From the NCBI RefSeq assembly GCF_018350175.1, contig NC_058382.1:51524001-51588000 (forward strand): a stretch of DNA of 64,000 nucleotides. The letters run 5' to 3'. The stretch comes from Felis catus. Taxonomy: Eukaryota. Within the stretch, counting starts at the first letter, position 1, and every line of letters starts with the position of its first letter. Made by a program: the position numbers and the translations under genes. This document shows, piece by piece, positions 51,171 through 63,851 of this stretch. The notes under the pieces were generated by a model. It worked only from the letters and a program-made list of their open reading frames with translations, made no database searches and was not told the origin of the DNA.

Positions 51171-52859
51171 GGAATGGGCCTGAGGAATACGCATTTATCA
51201 GGAGCCCTCCCTCACAGGTTTTCTTTGTCACGGGATGGAAGGATCCCACGCGAGAATCGCCAGTCTAGTGTGGCAGGCAGGCAACAGTCACGATACAACG
51301 TAGATGCTCTTTGCCTTCTAAGGAAAGCGGAACATGTCATTGGAGCCCAAGAAGAGAGAGACTGGCTTTGACCACAGAGATGAGGGAAGGCACGGCGGGA
51401 AAAATGGCAGTGAGCTGGGTCCTGAAAAATGGGTCAGATTTCAGAGGGTGAGGGATGGCAGTGTGAGGAACTCCTTACTCATATTTTCCCTTTGAAATTA
51501 AAAAAAAATCAGACCAAAGGACAAGAGGAACCACGGTGGTCTAGTGTGGCTAGACTGGGGGGTGCAGGGAGATAGGAGTGAGGGGCAGTTCTAGCAGGAG
51601 AAGGCCCTCCGAATGTCCTACAAGGTGCTGCCCTGCACCCAGGGACTTTCTGCACCGAGAGCAATTCACATGAGGGAACTTCTGCACCCAAAGCAATTCA
51701 CAGGAGGCTCCCGCCTCAAGAAAACTCCGGTCCCCTTGTGCCTGGGCAGATGACAAACTCCCTGAGAACCTGAAAGGGTGAGCCTGGGTACAAGAAGGTG
51801 AGGAAGGAGGCTGGTGGAACGGATGTGATGACAGGTGATGGAGACCTGAAGCATAGCTGCCCTGGAAATGGAAAGATGGTGAGATTGGATAGAATAAAGA
51901 CGGCAGAACTCGGGACTTGAGCGGCCATGAGGGGGACATTTCTGACTTCTACTTGGGGGACCAGGTGAATGGGGGGGGTACTTGTGACATGCACCTAGGC
52001 ATGGCTTCCGGGGTCCTAAAAGCCTGTTGAGCGAGGAGGGGCACTTGTCCTCACGTTCTGGGTGATATCACCAGTGTGGGAGGCCAGAATGGCTGCTTGG
52101 ATGAACGGAGAGAGCCAAGGTCCCTGCTGGGACAGCGGTGCTGAGTTTTCAGCCTGAAGAGTTACAGAATTCAAAGACTCATCAGCGAGGGCTAGTGCCA
52201 GGACCATCGCATTGGGCCATAAGGAAAAGGTTAAGCAAAGAAGACAAGAAATGGAACTGTGGGTAGGGTGTCCTGTGAGCTCCATTTTATGCAACTGATG
52301 ATCCCCTTGGGTTGCCACAGGCCTGGGCATTTGGCTTAAAGACCAGACAGAAACTCAGAGAAATACCTAGGAGATTTAAGTTTGACTGACTGGGAGTATG
52401 GAGGAGAAATGACCTGAAGCAGGGAAGTAGGAGGGAGAGCTGGACTGGGGACACAGGGAGGAGTTAAATTCGTTCCCTGGCCTCCTTATGCCAGCTTCAT
52501 TCCCTACTTCAAGAAATATTTATCAAGTGCCTATTAGAAACTGTGGACCCAAAACCTCTGCTCTTGTAGGACACAGATTCAAGGAGGGAATCAGACACTA
52601 TTGAAATAAATGAATACATACTATGATGCCAGCGGCTTCTAGAAAGAAAGGGATTAAATGCCGAGCCCAGCAAAGGAAGGAAACTAGCAGGCAGGCGGAG
52701 AGATTTGCTGACACACCGAGTTTCTTCCTTCTGATTCAGGACATCACACTTGGCAAGATGTAAGAGAAGGATAAATCAGATTATTTAGAATACAAATTGT
52801 GGATGAACCAAAGACAGATTGAACCTGAAGGGGTCATTTTCTGATGAGCGAGGACCATG

Positions 52860-53080
52860 GAGAGCAGCCTAGGATTGTCAACTGGCATCAGAAAGCCCTG
52901 GGTTTCAGTCTCAGCAACTGTACCGTGCGGCCCTGTGCAAGTTACTTAACCTCTCTGAACCTCGGAGACTTTGGAGAAAATATACACGGCTATGTCTCTG
53001 ACAGTCTGTGCTAAGGATTAGGAAGGATTTACATAAAGTGTTAGTACAGATCCTCTTGTACTTGGTCACGCAAGTTGTCA
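52860..53080 (+). mobile_element. MIR remnant
   Basis: 'gcaagttacttaacctctctgaacctc' core. Confidence 0.8.
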
Positions 53081-53377
53081 AAAGAGGTAGAGCTTTTGTC
53101 TCCTCTCCTAGGCAATCACTCTGAAATCCCAGCCAGCACCGTCTACTTTCCGTCTTGACAACTTGAACTGAATGCACGGAGATTGTTCCCGTTAATAATG
53201 TTACCTCAAAGAAGCTGTTGATTACTTCCTACTACCTCATCCCATAAAAAGCCCCAGCTCCTGTGCTGGCAGAATGCTGATTGCCCGATTCTCCCTTCCA
53301 TTCTACAAGCTAGCCCACAGTGTTTTGCTGATTACCCAGAGAAGTTTCAGTGACTTGTTTCTAAAATGCCTTACTGA

Positions 53378-54264
53378 GAAGAAATGGGCAAAAGACATGA
53401 ATAGACACTTCTCCAAAGAAGACATCCGGATGGCCAACCGACACATGAAAAAATGCTCAACATGACTCATCATCAGGGAAATACAAATCGAAACCACAAT
53501 GAGATATCACCTCACCCTTGTCAGAATGGCTGACATTAACAACTCAGGCAACAACAGATGTTGGCGAGGAGGCGGAGAAACGGGAACCCTCTTGCCCTGT
53601 TGGTGGGAATGTAAACTGGTACACCCACTCTGGAAAACAGTAGGGAGGTTCCTCAAAAAAATTAAAAACAGAACTACCTTACAACCCAGAAATTGCACTA
53701 CTAGGTATTTATCCAAGGGATACAGGTGTGCTGTTTTGAAGGGACACATGCACCCCCATGTTTATAGCAGCACTATCGACAATAGCCAAAGTATGGAAAG
53801 AGCCCAAACGTCCCTTGATGGATGAATGGATAAAGAAAATGTGGTATATATACACAATGGAGTATTACTCAGCAATCAAAAAGAATGAAATCTTACCATT
53901 TGCGACGACGTGGATGGAAATGGAGGGGATTATGCTAAGCGAAATTAGTCAGTCAGAGAAAGACAAATATCATACGACTTCACTCATAGGAGGACTTTAA
54001 GACGCAGAACAGATGAACACAATGGAAGGGAAGCAAAAATAATATAAAAAACAGGGAGGGGGACAAAACCTAGGAGACTCTTAAATATGGAGAACAAACA
54101 GAGGGTTCCTGGAGGGGCTGTGGGAGGGGGGATGGGCTATTTAGGGGTGGGTTACCCCATGGGTAAGGGGCATTAGGGAATCTACTCCTGAAATCACTGT
54201 TGCACTATATGCTAACTAACTTGGATGTAAATTTAAAAAATAAATAAAAACAAATTAATTAATT
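53378..54264 (+). mobile_element. 5'-truncated felid L1 (ORF2p C-terminus with stop and frameshift, 3' UTR, A-rich tail)
   Basis: ORF track gives [35 protein letters not shown] and MFIAAL..WIKKMWYIYTMEYYSAIKKNE (L1 ORF2p C-terminal domain); possible TSD aaatgcc at 53364 and 54265. Confidence 0.97.
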
Positions 54265-54369
54265 AAATGCCAATTTAATTGAGTCAATTAATGTTAATAG
54301 TTATATTTGCATTCCTAACATAGAATACTATAATTATTACATATTATTAGCATTAGTGTTAACATCTTT

Positions 54370-54578
54370 ATTTTTTTTTATATTTATGTATTTTTTTGAA
54401 TGAGAGAGCGAGCGAGCGAGCGAGCATGAGTGGGAGAGGGGCAGAGAGAGAGGGAGACACAGAATCCAAAGCAGGCTCCAGGCTCTGAGCTGCCAGCCCA
54501 GAGCCCATTGCAGGGCTGGAACTCGCGGGCCGTGAAATCATGATCTGAACTTAATCGACCGAGCCACCCAGGCACCCC
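54370..54578 (-). mobile_element. SINEC_Fc-type SINE with small internal deletion
   Basis: Canonical body; TSD catcttt. Confidence 0.93.
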
Positions 54579-54814
54579 ATCTTTCTTACAAGTAAAAATC
54601 TTACCTGGGCCCTAGGTTTGAGGATGATGGAAAGAGGGTTGGGACTGCACATGGTAACAGATACTAGATTTCCCAACCCCGGACCACTAGATCCTTGATA
54701 GTTGGGGAAACACCAAACGCTTTGTCTAAAATGCACAGGATGTTTTACCAACACCCTGGCCTAGAGAAACAGTTTTCCTGCTTGCCAGAGACGCTGCTAA
54801 AAAATCTTGGCTTT

Positions 54815-55036
54815 GGGGCGCCTGGGTGGCTCAGTCGGTTAAGCGTCCGACTTCGGCTCAGGTCACGATCTCACGGTATGTGAGTTCAAGCCCCGCGTGG
54901 GGCTCTGTGCTGACTGCTCGGAGCCTGGAGCCTGTTTCAGATTCTGTGTCTCCCTCTCTCTCTGACCCTCCCCCTTTCATGCTCTGTCTCTCTCTGTCTC
55001 AAAAGTAAATAAAAACGTTAAAAAAAAAATTAAAAA
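54815..55036 (+). mobile_element. SINEC_Fc SINE
   Basis: Canonical; perfect 16-bp TSD aaaaaatcttggcttt at 54799-54814 and 55037-55052. Confidence 0.98.
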
Positions 55037-55562
55037 AAAAAATCTTGGCTTTGGATGCCCGTCTCAGCAGTGCAGGGCTCAGAGGGGTGTAAGTAGGAAT
55101 TCAAACCCCAGAGGAGTAAGGGTGCTAAGACTGGGAGGGCCCTTGTAGATCGATGTAATATCCTGCGTTTCTCAAACGCGAGTAGACACATGTGTCTTTC
55201 CCATGCCAGAATTTGATTTTATTGCATCCAACGCCGTGCAAAATTTCACTTGGAGGTTGTTACGTTAGATTAGAATAAACACAAACACACATGGATTTTT
55301 GTGGTCTCGCGTTCATCCTTTAGAAATTTTGCTAAGTTCAGTTGGCTCGAGCTCCATATCTGGCTGTTCAGAGTTGACTCCAACACATTTTACAGATGGG
55401 CAAACTGAGGAAACCCTGGACCGGGGTCACACAGTGAGCAAATGGCGGGGCCAATCCTGGACCTGGGTCTCATGTTTTTCCAACCCAATTAAGAAGGGAA
55501 GAGATTAACTAGAAGAAACTGTGGTGGTGGCTTTTGTTTCTTTTTGTTTTAAGTAAGTGCAT

Positions 55563-55775
55563 GGGGCAACTGGGTGGCTCAGCTGGTTAAGCCACCAACT
55601 CTGGCTCAGGTCATGATCTCACGGTTTGTGGGTTCAAGCCCCACCTCAGGCTCTGTGCTGACAGCTCGGAGCCTGGAGCCTGCTTCGGATTCTGCATCTC
55701 CCTGCCTCTCTCTGCCCCTCCCCTGCTTGTGCTCTGTCTCCCTCTCAAAAATAAATAAACATTAAAAAATTTTTT
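55563..55775 (+). mobile_element. SINEC_Fc-type SINE (diverged)
   Basis: ggggcaactgggtggctcagctggttaag...aaataaataaacattaaaaaa. Confidence 0.94.
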
Positions 55776-58419
55776 AATAATAATAATTCTAAATAACATC
55801 TGTATCTACTGGGAGACCCAAGAGCTTGAATTTCCTTTCACACAGCTTCCTCCCTGCCCCTGAATCACCATCCAATTAAAATCCCCATCACCCCCCCGTG
55901 TCATTATTAAATATTGAGGCTAACCTTTGGATGCATGTTGTTGTATTTCTTTTATGCTTTATTATGTGCATCTTTGCATAATAATTTTGATTATATGGAT
56001 ATATAAGCATTTTTTCCTAAATTGCCCACAGAGTATTTCCTAGAACTTTGCTACGTTATTAGAAAGTCTTTATAGGTATCATGTAAGAAGCCTACACAGT
56101 CACTTAACTTATCCCCCGGTTGTGGGTAATTTAGATCATGTTCCATTTTGCTCCTATTTAATAATGTAATTAATATGGGCATTTTTTTTTTTCTTTTTGC
56201 CCTAACCCTTCAGATGGATTACTGAAACGGAATAGGTGACAGAGCAAAATGGTCCGAGAGACACCAGTTTATCTTCTCCTTGCCAGTCTCCGGGGAATTT
56301 CATTGAAGAAAATAAAGACTCTTTGCCAATTGATACACAAAATGTAACCAGTTATGTATATCACCTTCTGTTTGCTCCTGTAGTTGAATTTCCATCCATG
56401 TTCTCCAACTAGTTACAGTCTCTTCCTTGGTGAATTACCTTTGCACTTCTGGTATCTTTCTGTTGTGCAAGGCCCTTCCTAAATCCTCCTGCTCTCATTA
56501 GGGGACTTCAGGTCCCTTCAGCATAACATAATCCCACTCCCTTTCTGCAGGACTAGATTCCAGGAGGCCCACAACCAAATCGCAATAATTACATGTGGCC
56601 ATAAGAGAAGCCCTTGAGTATATGTGTCATCTCTCCACCTAGAGACGGGGCACCAAGCTTTGCTCCCCAGACACAGTACATATTCAATCAATGTCGAAGG
56701 GAGGGAAGGAATAGGAGGGAAGGAGGGCAAGATCAGCTCCTTAGGTCATGTCACGATCAGGTGGGTGGGGACCACAGCAGCAGACAGTGATCAGGAGACC
56801 CTGGTCTATAATCTGAGTAAGTACCTCCACTTAACCCAACCGCACAGGCCATCACGGCATCGACGCTGCCCGTCTATAAACCTAAATAGGACATAGCTAG
56901 CCTCCGTGTAATACACCGAAAGATTTGCAGAGGCAGGGCTGAGTCGTTGATAAAAATCTAGAAGGTACTCTTTAAGTTAGCCAATGTTTAAATAAGGCCA
57001 GATTTCCAACACAAAGGCTAAAACCATGGGAATCCACAATTAAGAAAATGCCCCACTTGGAAGTTTATAAACAGACTCATCTAACTGATCATTATTTCCA
57101 AAGACCCTTGTCCTCGGGGATGTAAGAAATCCATGACCCTCAAGTTCTCCTCCACCTTCTTTATGGTGCCTCATCTGTAAGGAGAAGGTGATTGTGCTTC
57201 CAAATTATGTGAATGAGCACAAACCAAAGATTGATGTGCTAGCCTGCTCCCAGAACTAGATGTGGGAAGAGAAATTACTCCAGCCTGTTGTTTTTAATTA
57301 ATCTCTTGTGCTCTGGGCTTATCTAGTCTCAGAAAATGAAAACCATATATTCCACAACACATGTGCCAAATTGTATGTGTAATTTAGTGGAAAACCCCTA
57401 GCAATAAAGGAAGAAGTGCTAAAATTATCAGCAGTTCCCCGGGTCCCAGGAAAGCTTGGACAGCATTTTGCGAACGTCAGAACGCCTTACACCTCTTGAA
57501 TCTCAAACCTCAGAGTGTATTTTATTGCTGTCTGAAATCATCCAGTGTTGTTGATTATCAACGGATCGGGGACAGAGGCCATGATGATTCTCCATGTGCT
57601 CTCAGAACAGTTATGTATATTAAGGAATCTGAATCATTACTCCAAACACCAATGGATCAAGAAGTCCGATCAAATATGTGTAGGTGTAGGCAAGGCACAT
57701 GTGTCTTTGTGCAGTGCAGGCGGGGGAAACTGAGGTCAGGGCTTTGACTCAGTTGGTCAAACACAGCAGTGGAGACCATCATGACTCCACCTATCGTAAT
57801 ATTAAAGACATAATTTACCCCTATTCGCCGAGTCCTACGCCATTTTTTGTTTTGTTTTTTGAAGATGCAGATAGGTGTTTTGACCTTACGCGCGGAAAGT
57901 AATTTGGAGCGTGTATTTGTGCGTGTGTGTGCGCGCGGGCAGGGAGGTTACCGTTAACACCACCCTGCCTCCTAAAAATCACATGCTATAAACATTTCGT
58001 CATTAGAACCTTCTACATTAGGTGCGACCCTCATCTGTGAAATGGAAAGAACGCTACCGGCATCTGAGAGTTAAGCCACTTTCCCAAGTAGCGGGAATGC
58101 GAGGATGTGAACTCAGCTTTTTCCAGCACAGCAAAATGCATGAGGCCGCACCTTCCATCCCAAAGCCCTAATTATCCCCTCATGGGTAGGCGGCTGTAAG
58201 GGGCTGTGAGATGCTCTCCCACACGTTATTTCCTATAGTCTTCTCAGCAAAATTGTGAACTTATGACCCCATTTTAGAGAGGTAGAGATGAAGATTCAGA
58301 GATGTGGCGTTTTATTTAGGGAGATTCCTATGGGTAACGCAGAAGCGAATGTCGCAAAACGGCACAGGAATCTGAGCAAGTGATTCTGCTCAACACCGAA
58401 GGTCTTTAGGATAACAGCT

Positions 58420-58850
58420 AAGCCTCACCCTATCCCCCTTCATGTCCTCAGCCTCAAGACTCTCTATTTCAGCACAACGAACCCTCTTTGGCACCTCTAT
58501 ACTGCCATGATACCTCTAAGCACCGGGCCTCCCTCTGTGGTCCGTTCCTCTCTCTAGCACAATCCGGTTCCTGCCACACCTCTTCCATTTCCATCTGGAT
58601 AATGTCCTCAGTTTGTATGGCGCTTCCTCAGAATGCCTTCCCTGAAATCCACAGGTGTGTGGACAAGATGCCCCACCTTGGTGCTTCCCCAGACCTTGTC
58701 TTCCCCATTAGAGCACTTTTTGTGCTGTATTGTGGTGGGCTCTTGGCTTAGCCATATTCCAGCCATGAACCCATCATCTTCAGGGAGGCAGGAGACCCAG
58801 TGTCCCTGTGCCCAATATGGCTGGCCCACAGTGAACACGCCCGGACAATA
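58420..58850 (+). mobile_element. L2 remnant
   Basis: Pyrimidine-rich L2-like body: 'gccttccctga', 'ccccattagagcacttttt', 'agggaggcaggagacc'. Confidence 0.5.
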
Positions 58851-59613
58851 TGACCACCCTTAGAGCTTCTGTTCCTTTCTCACGTAGGGAGAGGTCAGAA
58901 GGTCGGAGAAAGTTAGGGGAGCCTTTCTGGGGCGTCAAGACTAGACTCTGACTTTAAACGTGGGGTTAATTTGCAGAGGGGAGGGGCAGAAGAGGACATC
59001 CTCAATTTGGAAAATGAGGTCCTATTGAGGGTGACATGTCCATGGACCCCGGAAGAACCTGGACAGGTTCAAGAGAGGGCTGCACATCGGTGAGGCAGGA
59101 TAACACTAACAAACCTGACATTTACTGAGTGCTTACTGAGTACCGGTGCTCTGTACCGTGTACCTTAGACCTGTACGTTCATTAACACTATGATCCCACA
59201 GCGACCCGATGGGAAGTACATTTCCCAAGGTCACCTAGCCGGAAGGTGGTAGAACTTGGATTCAAACAGTCCTTCCTTGTGTCAGAGCCCACGCTCTCTC
59301 CATATGGGGTCCCGCATCATACGGGCACTGGGTCCATCCAGCGGAAAGAGGGGAGCATGAGATGTAAAACCCTACTTCTGAGACGCCAAGGGCACACCAT
59401 CGTCAGAGCACAGATGCTACAGGCCTCCTGTGAGCAGGAACCTCTCAGCCAATGAAATCAGTGCTTTTGAAATGCTTCTGACACCACGGTGAAGGCAAGA
59501 AACAGAAAGGAAGGCAGTGGCAATCTGGAAAAAAAATAAGCCATTGCAGAGGCTGGGGAGAGAGAATGAAAGGGAAGAGATAGTTAAAGAAGCACTTAGA
59601 AAGTGTTGGGGGT

Positions 59614-59835
59614 GGGGCACCTGGGTGGTTTAGTCGGTTGAGCGTTCGACTTCGGCTCGGGTCATGGTTTGTGAGTTCGAGCCCCACGTCGGGCTCTGTG
59701 CTGACAGCTCGGAGCCTGGACCCTGCTTCGGCTTCTGTTTCTCCCTCTCTCTCTCTCTCTCTCTCTGCCTCTCCTCACTCACGCTCTGTCTCTTTTTGCT
59801 CAAAAATTAACATTAAAAAAATTTAAAAAAAAAAA
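59614..59835 (+). mobile_element. SINEC_Fc SINE
   Basis: Canonical body; TSD agaaag[t/g]gttgggg at 59598 and 59836. Confidence 0.95.
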
Positions 59836-59925
59836 AGAAAGGGTTGGGGTTGGGGTAGCAAAGCAGACGAGTAACTCGGATTATTATATGAACACACAGC
59901 CCTGGGAAGAGATGCACTGGTAAAT

Positions 59926-59982
59926 TTTTAATTTTTTAATTAATTTTTTTGAGAGAGAGAGAGAGAGAGTGTGTGTGTGTCT

Positions 59983-60013
<31 letters not shown>

Positions 60014-60157
60014 CGCATGCAAGCAGGGGAGGGGCAGAGAGAGAGGGAGACACAGAATCTGAAGCAACGTCCACAGCGGACAGCGCAGAGCCGGAGGCGG
60101 GGCTCGAACTCATGAACCAAGTGGGACGCTCAACTGACTGAGCCACCCAGGTGCCCC
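59926..60157 (-). mobile_element. SINEC_Fc SINE with compound (GA)/(GT) microsatellite and internal deletion
   Basis: Canonical head on the minus strand; TSD ctggtaaat at 59917 and 60161. Confidence 0.94.
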
Positions 60158-60529
60158 ATGCTGGTAAATCTCTAGTCAGCTGGCTGTACAGGGCGGAGCT
60201 CTGCCTTGCGGGGCCCCGGTGTACATCCTGGCAACATGGCTGATTTCAAACTATCAGCACAACAACTCTGACCCAGACTTGGGATGCGTCGAGTACAATC
60301 AGCTCTTGAAAGCCAGTGGGAGCCAGGGCCAGTGCAGCACTGGCCCGGGGCACAGGGGGCCCCGTTGAGAGCAAAGTAAAAATGCCCCCAAGGGCCTGAG
60401 AGAGCCCTGCTCTACCCTGATGCACAGCAGCTGTTATCAGGGCCACAGGAAGTGGCCGAGGAAGCTGGTGCCGGGGATGGAGACTAAATCCAGGAGCTCG
60501 CACTCACCCAGCGCTGTCCATAACGGGCC

Positions 60530-60720
60530 CCTGCTGAGCAGTGCTCACATGGGCAGAATCCCATTCAATCCTCCAAAGCACGCCGAGAAGTAGGCCTTGG
60601 TTTTTCACAGGTGAGAGAGTAGAAGCTTGGAGAGGTTCATCTACTTGCTCAAGATCACACAGCAAGTATGTAAAAGGATTTAAGCATAACTGCGCCTAAC
60701 ACCAAAGCCCTGCGTTCTAC
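60530..60720 (-). mobile_element. MIR remnant
   Basis: 'ccattcaatcctcc...tttcacaggtgag...agaggttcatctacttgctcaagatcacacagcaagt'. Confidence 0.75.
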
Positions 60721-61509
60721 TTTGCAGCGACGCTCCCTGTCGGATCAGAAAGAGGGGGCTGGAAGAGGCAGACCTTGAGGGGAGCCAGGGGAGGAGATTA
60801 AGGACGGATGTCCACAGGATCACCCAGACCCCCACACACTGCATGTGCTGAAAATCCGTAATTCACACAATCTGCGATGCTGGAGACGCTGTCTCCACCG
60901 CTACAGATTTCTAATAGGATTTTCTTACAACCTTTTCCCTACATTCCTGAAAGGGAAGAAAATGATAAGGCGATAGGACAATGAGTTATATCTATTTCAC
61001 AATAAATTAACAGCATTCCTCTGTATCTGTGCGTTGGATGTGTATCTAAAACAGAAATATAGCTCCTGGCCCAAGCTTTCCACTCCTAAGTCCTGCGTGA
61101 CCTATCTCCCAGCCACTTAATATCGCCTAAATTGAATGTTCCTGAACGAAGCAGCCTGAGGGGGGGAATAAGGTTTCACAGTCGATGCGGGCGGCACTGT
61201 CATTTGCAATCGGCAGGTAAGCCCACCATCAAACATCGTTTAGGGTAACGATGTCCTTGCACAGCCATGAAACACAATGTCTTGTTCATGCTGTTGTTTC
61301 TTTTACTAAGATGGAGACACCGGTTCAGCTTGCTGGTTAAGACCAACCGTTTCAAGAGTCCCCCAGAAGAGGATTTCAGATGACCATTTTGTAGGGAGGT
61401 GGCGGCGGGGGGGGGGGGGGTGGGAGTAAAAAGCTTACTGTTGGAAAATACATAGGAAGCCAGAAGGAGGGACACACAGTTCAAGACAACGGGATTCATT
61501 ATCACAATT

Positions 61510-62037
61510 CAGAGCCAGCCTCCAAGATGGCTTCCCAAGAGCCTCTCTGGGTGGTTGGTGTTCACACCTTTATGTCACTGCCTCCGACCACGAATAGGGC
61601 AGACTTGGATAATGAACAGGGTAGTACGGAAACGGCTGTGTATGTCTTCCGAGGTGAGGTCATAACAAACGTGGTAGCTTCTCCCTTAGATCTCTCAGAT
61701 CACTCCTTCTGGAGGAAGCCAACCACCATCTTGTGGAGACCCACAGGCAGCCCATGGAGAAGTCTATGCAGGGCAAGGAGCTGAAACCTAGAGTCAACAG
61801 CCAGCACGGACGAGCCAGTCCTGAGTGAACAATCTTGGAAACGGCCTTCCAGCCCCCCCAACCACGTTCAGATCCCTCTGGCCCAGGCCGAGGTCGCAAA
61901 TGCAACCTCAGGAGAGATTCTAAGTCGCTCCCAAATTCCTGACTCACGAAAACGGTGTGTAAGATAGGAAATGTCTAGTGTTGTTTTCTCCTGCTAAGTT
62001 TTGCGGTAATTTGTTACACAGCCATGCAGCTAATACA
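61510..62037 (+). mobile_element. MaLR solo LTR (MLT1F-like)
   Basis: 'cagcctccaagatggct', 'ggaagccaaccaccat', 'cccaaattcctgactcac', ending 'gctaagttttgcggtaatttgttacacagc...ctaataca'. Confidence 0.85.
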
Positions 62038-62042
62038 GATGA

Positions 62043-62480
62043 CGACTTAGGTTGGGTCCCTGAGAAGCAGATCCGGAGACTGAGACAGATGCAGGGGCAT
62101 GTGGTTCGCTGAGGGGCTTCTCTTCAGGAAAAACCTAGAAGGATAGAGTGAGGCAGGAAAGGAAGGAAAGAACTGAAGAAGCACATGGTCTCAGGTGAGT
62201 TTCAGCCACAGCCTGGCCCAGGGAGGCTCTGGGGCATTAATTACACCACTGGGCTATCATCCTTGAAGCAAGGGGGTCAAGGCTGTGGTCCTCGTGTATC
62301 TACCAGACGTCAGCTGTGGGCTGTTCCCCTTTGAGCATAGCTTCCTGGATGAGAAAGCTCTTACCAGTGGAAGGAAATTCTCCAGACAAGGGGGCAGATG
62401 AGAGCCATGAGCGGGGGGCGGGGGGGAAGGGTCTACTCATCTATAAAGGGACTCTGGGTAGAGCTCACAGCACTGCTATG
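62043..62480 (-). mobile_element. LTR16A-like ERVL solo LTR
   Basis: 'ttaggttgggtccctgagaagcaga', 'ggaggctctggggcattaattacaccac', 'aaattctccagacaagggggcag'. Confidence 0.65.
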
Positions 62481-63490
62481 AATGCGATCTCTCAGTGACC
62501 ACTCTGTTCCCCAGAGCTCCGGCTTCTTCCACACAGGCTGGGGCTGCACAATGTGGCCTCCCTGGTGACGGCCCCTCTTCAATGCTTATTCTTCTCTAGC
62601 ACGTCCTTTTACCCCCTTGGATCTGGAGACAAGTTAGGATTACTGTGGGCCCAGGAGAGGAGAGTGTCTGTTTACGTCCCAGAAAGAAAACACAAGAGTA
62701 GAAAAAAAATGACCATGTTAATCTGGACAGAGGCTGTAACACTTGTAAATCCAGGCAGCCCTGATGTCCTGTAAGTCGAGAAGCTTCCCAACTGAACTGA
62801 GACACACAGGCACTGTCGCTCTTTCAAATTCACGCCTCTAGTTATTTAGCTTTTACTGTCTGTACTTACTGGTACTTTGGAAGTCCCTTATTGTCCATGC
62901 CCTTAACACTGTTAGCAGGAGGAGAGGGTACAGTTCATTAAGAAGACGAAGGAAAACAGACCAAGTCACAGTGTTGGTTGATCCAGCTCAAACAGTAAGC
63001 CCAGAAGAGCTGCAGAAAGTTCGGCCGCTAGGGGTGGGTCAGAATCCACAAGGAGCCCCTCGCGTCCGTGGAAAGCTCCATTTGGGGTCTTGATCCCACA
63101 GAACTCAGCCAACAAACCAACACAGCCTGAGATTCCTGCTTAGGAGTTTGGTGCTGGATGTAGCCCCAACTGGCCTCAAATGTCTATAAAAACATCAGAT
63201 GTTTCTTGTAGAGTGGATCTCTTAGCATACCGCTAAGCCCAACGAAGCTTGAGACATCCACTTCTGAGTCCTGCTTTGGGTGGCGCTACAAAAGTTCCTC
63301 TTCTGTCCCCTACTTGTGTCTTTGCCAGCTTCTGGAGACCAAGAAGATGATGGGGGCAGGGGAGGGGGAGACAGAACACCCTGCCATCTTTCACTGACGG
63401 GTTCCTGGCTCATGCCGCCGGGTTAGAACTGTGTGTGTCCCAGTGGCCCTGATGTTGCCATAGTTTCTTTAAGAAAAGGGAAGCTGGGAA

Positions 63491-63851
63491 GGGACATAAG
63501 TCAGTCAGAGAAAGAGAGATATCATCTATTTTCACTCATGTGTGGAACTTGAGAAACTTAACAGAGGACCATGGGGGAAGGGAAGGGGAAAAAGTCGTTT
63601 CAAACAGAGAGGGAGGCAAACCATGAGAGACTCTTAAATGCAGAGAACCAACTGAGGGTTGATGGAGGGGCGGGGGAGGGGGGGCAGAGCAGAGGAAGGG
63701 GAGAAATGGGTGACGGGCAGTGAAGAGGGCACTTGTCAGGATGAGCACTGGGTGCCCTATGTAAGTGATGAATCGTGGGACTCTACCCCCGAAACCAAGA
63801 GCACACTGTATACGCTGTATGTTAGCAAACTTGACGATAAATTTACAAAAA
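63491..63851 (+). mobile_element. 5'-truncated felid/carnivore L1 3' end
   Basis: ORF2 tail 'taagtcagtcagagaaaga...tttcactcatgtgtggaac' plus 3' UTR; TSD core gggaagctggg at 63478 and 63854. Confidence 0.92.

Noticed and set aside
30231..54814. Two head-to-head SINE pairs both have 236-bp spacers (30231-30466 and 54579-54814)
   Set aside because: Spacer sequences, TSDs and SINE ages are unrelated, so this is best explained as coincidence rather than a composite element
63021..63040. CTCF-like motif ggccgctaggggtgg (similar partial matches near 2350, 44597 and 45997)
   Set aside because: Each has mismatches at core positions and cannot be supported without PWM scoring or ChIP data
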